From Thermomicrobiales bacterium (GTDB lineage Bacteria > Chloroflexota > Chloroflexia > Thermomicrobiales > CFX8): DNA of 64,000 bases. The DNA is taken from assembly GCA_039810005.1 (NCBI GenBank), contig JBDHWD010000003.1:3078-67077 (forward strand). The letters run 5' to 3'. Under the pieces are notes generated by a model, which saw only the letters and a program-made list of their open reading frames with translations, was not told where the DNA came from and did no database searches. Both the position numbers and the translations under genes were made by a program. How positions within the stretch are numbered: the first letter of the stretch is position 1; every line of letters starts with the position of its first letter. This document shows, in pieces, positions 7,719 to 15,308 of the stretch.

Positions 7719-8243
7719 ATGGCCAACATCACCGGTATTCTCTGCCAAGTCATTACCGGCACCGGCAATGGCGCGGGGACGGACGGCGACGTCTATCTCG
7801 GCATCTGCGGACGCGAGTTTCATCTCGATTCATCGGCCGATGATTTCGAGCGCGGCTCCCTGCGCGAGTACATCATGGGGCGCGCGCCGCTTGAGCCGAA
7901 CCTGCCGTCGCCGCAGATCCGGGTGAACAACAGCGTGCTCAACGACCCGCGAACCGACTACATCATGAAGACGGAAACGCTGCCGAGCATGCCAGTCTAC
8001 ATTCGCTTTGAGCCAAACGGTGACAACGATCACTGGCAGCTGCATTTCGCTGCGGTACTCGTCTACACCGGGCGAGGCGACTTCAACACGGCCTACATCC
8101 CGCCCCAGGACTTCGACAATCTCTGGCTCGGGTATCGCTCAGGGAAGATTCTCTACTTGCAGGAGCTCCCGGACGTAACCGGTGACCACGCGCTGGAGCG
8201 CGGGCGGGAGAAGGCAAAGACGCTCGGTATCAACGCCGAATAG
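7719..8243 (+). CDS. Stand-alone PLAT/LH2-domain protein (174 aa)
   Basis: N-terminal pattern ILCQVITGTGNGAGTDGDVYLGICGREFHLDSSADDFERGSLREY and later DHWQLHFAAVLV match the PLAT beta-sandwich signature (TG..aGTD..V.l.l.G ... FerG ... W.l..v.v). RBS gagag precedes the ATG. Confidence 0.55.
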   Translation: MANITGILCQVITGTGNGAGTDGDVYLGICGREFHLDSSADDFERGSLREYIMGRAPLEPNLPSPQIRVNNSVLNDPRTDYIMKTETLPSMPVYIRFEPNGDNDHWQLHFAAVLVYTGRGDFNTAYIPPQDFDNLWLGYRSGKILYLQELPDVTGDHALERGREKAKTLGINAE

Positions 8244-8258
8244 TGCTACCGCGTGATT

Positions 8259-8293
8259 GTGATAGACGCTGCCGAGCGTGCAGCGTCTATCAC
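8259..8293. terminator. Perfect 13-bp hairpin between convergent genes (bidirectional terminator candidate)
   Basis: GTGATAGACGCTG ccgagcgtg CAGCGTCTATCAC between the PLAT stop (8243) and the hydrolase stop (8307). No clear U-tract. Confidence 0.5.
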
Positions 8294-8306
8294 GACCAGG
8301 CGTTGC

Positions 8307-9155
8307 TCAGGGAATACGACCGAAGCCAGCGAGATGCCCGCCCCAGTATGAGTCGCTGAGTGGTGTCAGTTGCACTGGCTCACCCCAGTCAACTGAGTGC
8401 AGGAAGTAGCCGTTGCCGGCGTAGATACCGGAGTGTGAGATTCCGGCACCCCAGGTCCCGCCAAAGAAGACGAGATCACCCGGTTGAAGCTGCGACTGAT
8501 CGATCCGCTGCGTCGCGTTCCACTGCGCGCCGGAGCCGTGCGGAAGCTCGACGCCGGCCATGTGGAACGACCAGTAGACCAGACCCGAGCAGTCGAACCC
8601 GCCGTCGGCGATGTCATCGCCCCCGGCGAGGTACGGCATGCCAATAGCCTCCAGGCCATACGACAGGGCTAGCGCCTGCGTGAGCGGGGTAGCGTTATCG
8701 TAGCGACCATCATGGAGCGACTGCTGGTAGCGCGCGAGCGTACCGAAAGCGGACGAATAGCGATCGTGACGCTCGGCCGGATAGCGGCCCGTGTCATCGA
8801 TCATGCCAAGATACGAAGCGACCGCAAGGTCCCAGGTGCCCCAGCGTGCGTAGGCTGCCGTCAGGTAGCGCGACGCGGCGGTGAGGTTCGTATCCGGTTG
8901 TTGCAGATCTCCGCCGACCTGGACGAGGCCGGCCATTTCTGGAGTGATCTGAGCCAATCCCTGTTGGCCGCTGGAGCCGTTCGGAATGGCAACGTTGCCG
9001 TCCGATTCGACAGCGATCAGCGCTCGCATCACGCCGGCTGGTACGCCGGATTCCTGTGACACACGCGCGATCAGTGCGATCCACGGCGCTGTTGACTGAG
9101 TCAGCGAGCGCGTGGGTTCCTTAGCCTGGACTTCCGCTGCGCCGCCCGGAATCAC
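8307..9155 (-). CDS. Bifunctional cell-wall hydrolase: lytic transglycosylase (SLT) domain + NlpC/P60 endopeptidase domain
   Basis: SLT motif AVESDGNVAIPNGSSGQQGLAQITPEMA. NlpC/P60 motif DCSGLVYWSFHMAGVELPHGSGAQW ... GDLVFF ... SHSGIYAGNGYFLHS. Track start is GTG 9155, but the true start is probably further upstream (see finding); possible extension to 9227. Confidence 0.8.
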   Translation of the reverse strand: MIPGGAAEVQAKEPTRSLTQSTAPWIALIARVSQESGVPAGVMRALIAVESDGNVAIPNGSSGQQGLAQITPEMAGLVQVGGDLQQPDTNLTAASRYLTAAYARWGTWDLAVASYLGMIDDTGRYPAERHDRYSSAFGTLARYQQSLHDGRYDNATPLTQALALSYGLEAIGMPYLAGGDDIADGGFDCSGLVYWSFHMAGVELPHGSGAQWNATQRIDQSQLQPGDLVFFGGTWGAGISHSGIYAGNGYFLHSVDWGEPVQLTPLSDSYWGGHLAGFGRIP

Positions 9156-9352
9156 GTCCGGTGCGATCGGCGAGACGAGCAGTGTCCCGCCCAGCAGCAG
9201 AATGCCAAGCGCTTTCCCCCGCTTGATACGGCATCCCCTCCACTGTTCCGATGCCCCTCCCGGCTGACGACGACGCGTCAGCGCTGTGGCATGTGCGGCG
9301 GCACGAACCCCCCAGTCCGTGACTTGACCTCGAAAGGCTCCGCCGGTCGGGG

Positions 9353-9397
9353 ATTGTACGGACCCCTCAGGCGACCCGCAATGTGAATCGCATCACA
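9353..9397 (-). promoter_or_regulatory. CRP/FNR-type palindrome TGTGA-N6-TCACA abutting a minus-strand promoter (TTGCGG-17-TACAAT)
   Basis: Plus strand 9382-9397 = TGTGAatcgcaTCACA (perfect). On the minus strand it is followed directly by TTGCGG (9381-9376), a 17-nt spacer, and TACAAT (9358-9353). Confidence 0.45.
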
Positions 9398-9604
9398 AAG
9401 GAGTCACATCATGTAGATTCAGGCGTACGGACGCACGCCAATTTGAGCAGATGCGGAAGGCCATCTGCCGTGCGGTCACTATGTACGTACGCAGCCTTAC
9501 GCGCATTCAGCGTATGATTGGCAGGTGAATATGCGGCAGAATACAGGCAGCGGCCCGCCCGACAGCGGCGATTGGGCGTAACGGAAGAGCGAGGGACGAC
9601 GCAG

Positions 9605-10756
9605 ATGGAATCAGCGTTGCTTCAGCAGCGGGTCGAGCGCATGCGGGCCGGTATGCGCGATTCCGGTATGGACGCTGCATTTCTCCCGTACGGATCGGTC
9701 TTCCAGTATGTCACCGGTTTGGAGACGCCGATCACCTGGGAGGTCGGTCGGCAGTACGGCGACTGGATCACCGGCCTCGTTTTGCGCCTCGACGCTGAAC
9801 CGGTGCTCATCCTGCGGCCCAGTTGGGTCGGCGAATACGTCGAGGGCTTGCCGTTCGATGTGCTTGTCATGCCTGATGGCGCTGACCCGGACGAGTTTCT
9901 CGCCGAGTCGGTGCGCTCACTCGGTCTTGAAGGGCTGAGCATCGGCGTCCCGAAGATGCTCTGGAGCCAGGCATTGCTCAGCCTCCAGCGCGCGCTGCCG
10001 GCAGCGCAGTTCCTGGCAATGTCAGACGGCTGGTTCGACCGGGTATGCGCCATCAAGGACGCGGGCGAGATCGCCATCCTTGAGCGGGCCGCGCAGATCA
10101 CGGACGCTGCCTTCGCCGATGTCATCGCCCGGATCACACCCGGAATGCTCGACCGCGATCTCGTGATTGAGGTCGACTACCAGCTCAAGCGCCACGGCGG
10201 AGATGGCTTCTCATTCATGCCGGTCGTCGTGGTCGATGGCCACGGCTCACGGTACGCGCGTGCCTGGATTGACCGCGATGAGCCCAAGCCGCTGCTCCAC
10301 GGGACGTCGCTGGCGTTTGACTTGGGCGTGCGCTATCGCGGCTATTGCTCCGACTTCGGCCGCTCGGCATTCATCGGCGACCCGGACCCGACGGCACTAG
10401 CCGCCTGGAATTCGATCACCCGCGTTATTCAGGCTGCAATGAACGTCATGGGCGATGGACAGATCACGCCGAGCGGTGTACACGATTTCGTCGTTGACGA
10501 AGTCACGAAAGACGGCTTCCGCGATCAGTTTTCGTGGTACGCGCTGGGGCACTCGATCGGACTCGATGTGCATGAGGATCCGTGGATGCTGCCGCAATTC
10601 AATGAGCCGATCCGGGCTGGGATGTGCTTCGCGCTGGAACCGAAGATCGGCATGCCCGGCCAGTTCTATGTGCGCTGCGAAGATGTTGTGCTTATTGAAT
10701 CCGAGCGCGCCAGACCATTGACACGGTTCCCCTACGATCCGATTATCATCGCATGA
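9605..10756 (+). CDS. M24-family metallopeptidase (Xaa-Pro aminopeptidase / prolidase type)
   Basis: ORF track 9518..10756. ATG 9605 follows gagggac. Creatinase/prolidase-type N-domain plus pita-bread motifs (FDLGVRYRGYCSDFGR, LGHSIGLDVHEDP, FALEPK, EDVVL). Confidence 0.85.
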   Translation: MESALLQQRVERMRAGMRDSGMDAAFLPYGSVFQYVTGLETPITWEVGRQYGDWITGLVLRLDAEPVLILRPSWVGEYVEGLPFDVLVMPDGADPDEFLAESVRSLGLEGLSIGVPKMLWSQALLSLQRALPAAQFLAMSDGWFDRVCAIKDAGEIAILERAAQITDAAFADVIARITPGMLDRDLVIEVDYQLKRHGGDGFSFMPVVVVDGHGSRYARAWIDRDEPKPLLHGTSLAFDLGVRYRGYCSDFGRSAFIGDPDPTALAAWNSITRVIQAAMNVMGDGQITPSGVHDFVVDEVTKDGFRDQFSWYALGHSIGLDVHEDPWMLPQFNEPIRAGMCFALEPKIGMPGQFYVRCEDVVLIESERARPLTRFPYDPIIIA

Positions 10757-10995
10757 CAGAGAAGCCACGGCGGGATCGCTACAGATTCCCACAAACGCGC
10801 GACTCCCGCATCGCGATGGTCGCGACGCTGGCCGCCTTCCTGATCGTCATGGCGATCTTCATCATCATTATCTTCCGTCAGGGTCGGCTGGAGTTCCCGA
10901 CGCCAACGCCCGAAACATCGCGAGATGTCATCGTGCAGGCCGCGCTGCTCTGGCAGGCGCCGCGCGAGGCGGTATCGACTTCCATCAACGCCTGA
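10753..10995 (+). CDS. Small single-pass membrane protein (80 aa), function unknown
   Basis: ATG overlaps the M24 stop as ATGA (10753-10756). One clear TM segment: IAMVATLAAFLIVMAIFIIIIF. Confidence 0.45.
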   Translation: MTEKPRRDRYRFPQTRDSRIAMVATLAAFLIVMAIFIIIIFRQGRLEFPTPTPETSRDVIVQAALLWQAPREAVSTSINA

Positions 10996-11029
10996 CTGCA
11001 ACCGTCGACCGGCTCGTGCGTCCACAGGA

Positions 11030-11057
11030 AACGCGCCCCCTGTGCGGGGGGCGCGTT
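11030..11057. terminator. 11-bp GC hairpin between convergent genes
   Basis: AACGCGCCCCC tgtgcg GGGGGCGCGTT between 10995 (+ stop) and 11073 (- stop). Confidence 0.5.
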
Positions 11058-11072
11058 CTGCATGCGTGCTGT

Positions 11073-13028
11073 CTATTCGCCGCGTTCAATCCCGAGGTGA
11101 CGGTCATACCAGTCAACGACGCGCTGGAGCAGGTCGAGCTGATGCTTCCGTTCACCGATCGTGTGCGGCTCGCGCGGGTAGGTGACGAGCTGCGTCTCAA
11201 CGCCGAGCGCCTTGAGCCCCTCGTACAGCTCGTAGCCCTGCGACGGTGGGACGCGCGCGTCGGCCGCTCCGTAGAGGATCAGCGTCGGCGTCTTTGCGTT
11301 GCCGATAACGCGAATCGGCGACAACCGCCAGTGGACTTCAACATCGTCGACGACTGAGCCGAGGTAGGCATCGAAGACGCCGCGCACATCGGCGGTTCCC
11401 TGGAAGCTGACCCAGTTGGCGATGCCCGCGCCAGAGACGGCGGCCTTGAAGCGATCGCTGTGGGTGATCGTCCAGTTCGTCAGGAAGCCGCCGCCACTCC
11501 AGCCGCCGACGACGAGGCGCTCCGGATCGGCGATGCCTTGCTCGATCATGGAATCAACGCCGGTAATCAGGTCGTCCCAGTCCGGTTCTCCGTAGCAGCC
11601 GACGATAGCGCAGAGGAAGTCCGAGCCCTGGCCGGACGAGCCGCGTGGGTTCGGCATCAGCACGGCGTAGCCGCGCTGCGCCAGGAACTGGCCCCAGTCG
11701 TGCCAGTTCGCATACAGCTGGCTCGTCCACGCACCGCATGGGCCGCCGTGGATGTGCAGCAACAGCGGGTAGCGCTGGCCCTCTTCATAGCCGACCGGCA
11801 GGATCAGCAAACCTTCGATCTCCATGCCGTCGGTCGACTTCCACGAGACTTCGCGCATCTCACCGAAGTCGTAGTCTCTGATCCACGGGTTGAGATCGGT
11901 GACCTTCTGCGGCGTGCCGCCCACGTCAGCGACATAGAGGTCGGCGAGTGAGTCCATGTTGGCCCGCGCAAAGGCGACACGCGATCCATCGCGCGACACG
12001 CTTAGCGGATTCCCGCTTCGCCCTGCCGATCCCGCCGGCAAGGTGAAGGCGGCTTCGGCCGACTGCTCCTCGATATCAACGAAGCGGATCGCGTGCTGCT
12101 GGCCCTCTTCGATCATTGCCAGCATCCTGTCGCCCTCGGGCAACCAGGCGATGCTGGTGAACGAGCCCTTGTAGTCGGGCAGGACGACAGTCGAATCGCC
12201 GCCGCCAGCCGGGATGGTGCGCAGCGAGAACAGCGACGGCATCTCACGCTCGCAGGCGATGAAGCCCAGCGTCGAGCCATCCGGGCTGTAGAGCGGTCGG
12301 TCGCCGAGGCCGGGGAAGTTGCCGAGGTTGTTCATCGTCCCGTCAAGATCGAACGTCGCCAGATCGGGCGAGAACAGGAAATCAGCCTTCGGACCGGGTG
12401 CGACGATCGCGGCGAGCCCCTTCGAGTCCGGTGCCCAGGAGAACGCGCGACCCGAAAGCGAACCGACATGCAGCCCCTCTGGCGAGATGCGTCGCGGTTC
12501 GGGGAACCCGGTTGCGGCACGCGGGTCTTCGGGCACATCAATCACCCAGAGCGTCGCACGCTTGAGGTCGGCGTCAACGACCAGCCAGTCCTCGCGCTCC
12601 TCCTTGCGCCGCTTCTCATCTGGGGACTCGCCGTCCATCGAGGTAAACGCGATCTGCTTACCGTCCGGCGACCAGTCGAGGTCGGTGACTGGCCCGTCGT
12701 GGTTGGTCAGGCGCACTGCCTCGCCGCCGTTAACGGCGATGACGTAGGCCTGTGGTGAGCCGGACTTCAGGCGGTCCGAGAGAAACGCGACCGACGTACC
12801 GTCCGGCGACCAGCGCGGCGACCCATCGGCGGCCTCGGAAGTCGTCAACCGTCGCGGCTTGCCGCCATCGGAATCGACGATCCAGATGGCGCTCGTCCTG
12901 GCCTCACCTTCGACCGACGCAGCGGTCGTGACGTACGCGACCTGCTTGCCATCCGGTGAGATCTGGATGTCAGCTAGCATCGTTGCAGAGACTGCTACCT
13001 CAAATGGCAGCATACGAATATCGGACAC
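11073..13028 (-). CDS. S9-family serine peptidase (second copy; prolyl oligopeptidase / acylaminoacyl-peptidase type)
   Basis: ORF track 11073..13070. GTG 13028 follows AAAGGAGA. Nucleophile GGWSGGGF; C-terminal YGAADARVP and REPHTI. Propeller repeats (SPRWSPDGTSVAF, DWSPDGKQIAF). Confidence 0.85.
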   Translation of the reverse strand: MSDIRMLPFEVAVSATMLADIQISPDGKQVAYVTTAASVEGEARTSAIWIVDSDGGKPRRLTTSEAADGSPRWSPDGTSVAFLSDRLKSGSPQAYVIAVNGGEAVRLTNHDGPVTDLDWSPDGKQIAFTSMDGESPDEKRRKEEREDWLVVDADLKRATLWVIDVPEDPRAATGFPEPRRISPEGLHVGSLSGRAFSWAPDSKGLAAIVAPGPKADFLFSPDLATFDLDGTMNNLGNFPGLGDRPLYSPDGSTLGFIACEREMPSLFSLRTIPAGGGDSTVVLPDYKGSFTSIAWLPEGDRMLAMIEEGQQHAIRFVDIEEQSAEAAFTLPAGSAGRSGNPLSVSRDGSRVAFARANMDSLADLYVADVGGTPQKVTDLNPWIRDYDFGEMREVSWKSTDGMEIEGLLILPVGYEEGQRYPLLLHIHGGPCGAWTSQLYANWHDWGQFLAQRGYAVLMPNPRGSSGQGSDFLCAIVGCYGEPDWDDLITGVDSMIEQGIADPERLVVGGWSGGGFLTNWTITHSDRFKAAVSGAGIANWVSFQGTADVRGVFDAYLGSVVDDVEVHWRLSPIRVIGNAKTPTLILYGAADARVPPSQGYELYEGLKALGVETQLVTYPREPHTIGERKHQLDLLQRVVDWYDRHLGIERGE

Positions 13029-13038
13029 GGATTCTCCT

Positions 13039-14250
13039 TTATTCCTTGTTCGCCATTGGCGGCTGAACACCTACCTGACGCTCCGGGAGCTTTGCCCAGG
13101 AGTGCATTGGTCGCTCGGAAGTGCGCGGCAGTTGCACACCATCGACGAGTGTCGCGGTCGCACTGAGCAGCTTGCCGCCCTCCCGACGAGCCATGTCAGT
13201 ATCGAAGAAGCTGTAGTCGCCGTCATCGAGCCGGAATACTGCCACGTCGGCAGGAGCGCCGACCGCAAGCGTGCCCATATCCGGACGGCGCATTGCCCTG
13301 GCCGCGTTGGTCGTCGCACGGGCGATCACGTCCGGCAGGCTCATGCCCAGATTGAGGAACTTCGACAACGTCGTCGGCAGATCAAACATGGGCCCCTGCC
13401 GGGCAGTCTGGTGAATGTCGCTGGAAATGACGTCCGGCAAGACGCCCTGATCCAGCATCGCTTCGGTGACCTCGTAGGAGAATGAGCCGGTGCCGTGGCC
13501 AATGTCGAGCACCAACCCCTGCCGTTGCAGCTCGGCGATCTCCGGCAGAATCTTGCCGTTGTCGTCCATGATGCGCATGTCGCCGCCGCTGAAGCAGTGG
13601 GTCAGGATGTCGCCGGGCCGCAGCAACGTCGCGACCTCCTGGATGGTCGGTGGCCCCGAGCCGATGTGCACCATCAACGGTAGCCCGACCTTGTCGGCCA
13701 GCTCGCGAGCGCGCTCGACGGCCAGCATACCAACGCCGCGCGTCGTCCGTCCGTCGATGCGCGCCTTGATGCCGAGGATCAGGTCGCGGTTCTCGTCAAC
13801 AATCGAGGCAGCCAGATCGACGTTCAGATAGTCCGGGTTCGACAGTTCCCACGACGGCGCGACGAGACCAATCGCCGACAGGTTCAGCAGCGCGAAGATA
13901 CGCGCCTTACTCGGCTCAACAACATAGCGCCGGAAGCCGGGGAATGTGTACGAGCCGGCGCTGCCGACATCGAGCCAGGTTGTGACGCCACTGACGGCTG
14001 CGACCGGATCCGCTTCGATCCCCCAGTAGGTCACGCCCCAGTAAATGTGCGTGTGCAGATCGATAAGCCCCGGTGTGACGATCCGGTCGGTCGCGTCGAT
14101 AACCTCCTTCGCGCCGGACGGATCGATACCCGCTGCGACCTCAGCGATCTTGCCGTCTGTGACCGCGACGTCCAGCATGCCATCTACGCCGGACGCGGGG
14201 TCGATGACGCGGCCGCCCCGGATGAGCGTGTCGATTCCTGCTGTTGGCAT
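13039..14250 (-). CDS. Amidohydrolase-superfamily metallohydrolase (dihydroorotase / isoaspartyl-dipeptidase-like)
   Basis: ORF track 13039..14325. ATG 14250 follows GGGAGGGGAG. Motifs IDLHTHIYWG, MVHIGSGPP, GDILTHCF, DIGHG, SSDIH are typical of the TIM-barrel amidohydrolase fold. Confidence 0.8.
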   Translation of the reverse strand: MPTAGIDTLIRGGRVIDPASGVDGMLDVAVTDGKIAEVAAGIDPSGAKEVIDATDRIVTPGLIDLHTHIYWGVTYWGIEADPVAAVSGVTTWLDVGSAGSYTFPGFRRYVVEPSKARIFALLNLSAIGLVAPSWELSNPDYLNVDLAASIVDENRDLILGIKARIDGRTTRGVGMLAVERARELADKVGLPLMVHIGSGPPTIQEVATLLRPGDILTHCFSGGDMRIMDDNGKILPEIAELQRQGLVLDIGHGTGSFSYEVTEAMLDQGVLPDVISSDIHQTARQGPMFDLPTTLSKFLNLGMSLPDVIARATTNAARAMRRPDMGTLAVGAPADVAVFRLDDGDYSFFDTDMARREGGKLLSATATLVDGVQLPRTSERPMHSWAKLPERQVGVQPPMANKE

Positions 14251-14413
14251 CTCTCCAGGCTCCCCTCCCAATAGCGAGTATTCGCATGGCCCGGACAACC
14301 TACCGGGGTCGTCGCGTTGCGTCAATGGCCTGCTGCGCCTATCGCGAAAAACCCGCGCTTCATCTACTATGCCCAGCGGTCGAGACCATGAGTGAGTGAT
14401 GAAGAGGAGCAGT

Positions 14414-15262
14414 ATGAACGTCTACATCTCGGTGGATATGGAAGGCATTACCGGCATCGTCCACGGCGACATGATGGGCGCAGAGGGTCGCGAATACGAT
14501 CGTGGCCGCCGGCTCATGACCGGCGACGCCAGTGCAGCAGTCGAGGGCGCAGTCCGAGCCGGGGCCGACTACATCCTCGTCGCCGATGGACACGGACCGA
14601 TGCGCAACATCTTCTTCGAGGAGTTGCACCCCGCCGCGCACCTGATGTCCGGCAGCGCCAACGCGCGCGACTATTGCCAGCTGCAGGGCGCCGACGCCCG
14701 CACGTTCGACGCGGCGCTCTTCGTCGGTTACCACGCTATGGCGCAGACCTACGACGCCGTCCACCCGCACACGATTGCCGGCGTGGCCGTTCACGAGCTG
14801 CGCGTCAATGGCAAAGCGCACGGCGAGACCGGACTCAACGCCGCGATCCTCGGCGCGCTCGGCATCCCAGTCGTCCTCGTGACCGGCGACCTGACAACGA
14901 CCGGCGAGGCGCGCGCCTTCCTCGGCGAGCAGATCGAGACGGTCGCGGTGAAGGAGGCCTGCGGACGCAACGCCGCGATCTGCAGACCGCTGAAGGCCGC
15001 CCAGGACGACATCACCGCTGCTGCCGAGCGCGCGCTGTCGCGGCTCGACGAAGCCAGGGTCTACGCGCCCGGCGACCCGCTGCGGATCGAGGTTGATTTC
15101 CTGACGATGCAGCAGTGCGATCGCGCAGCCCGCACCGCCGGTATCGAGCGTATCAGCCCGATCACGATCGCCGTCCAGGGCGAGGGCGCATGGGAGCAGT
15201 ACCGGAATCTATGGGCCGGGCTGCGTTCCTCGCTGTACGAGCCGGCTTCATGGCTCGCCTGA
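14414..15262 (+). CDS. dppA: M55-family D-aminopeptidase (DppA-like)
   Basis: ORF track 14396..15262. ATG 14414 follows GAGGAG. N-terminus MNVYISVDMEGITGIV is the DppA/M55 signature. Confidence 0.8.
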   Translation: MNVYISVDMEGITGIVHGDMMGAEGREYDRGRRLMTGDASAAVEGAVRAGADYILVADGHGPMRNIFFEELHPAAHLMSGSANARDYCQLQGADARTFDAALFVGYHAMAQTYDAVHPHTIAGVAVHELRVNGKAHGETGLNAAILGALGIPVVLVTGDLTTTGEARAFLGEQIETVAVKEACGRNAAICRPLKAAQDDITAAAERALSRLDEARVYAPGDPLRIEVDFLTMQQCDRAARTAGIERISPITIAVQGEGAWEQYRNLWAGLRSSLYEPASWLA

Positions 15263-15308
15263 TGCGGCCCGCGTAGCCCGACCCACGAACGCTCAGAAAG
15301 GAGACGGC

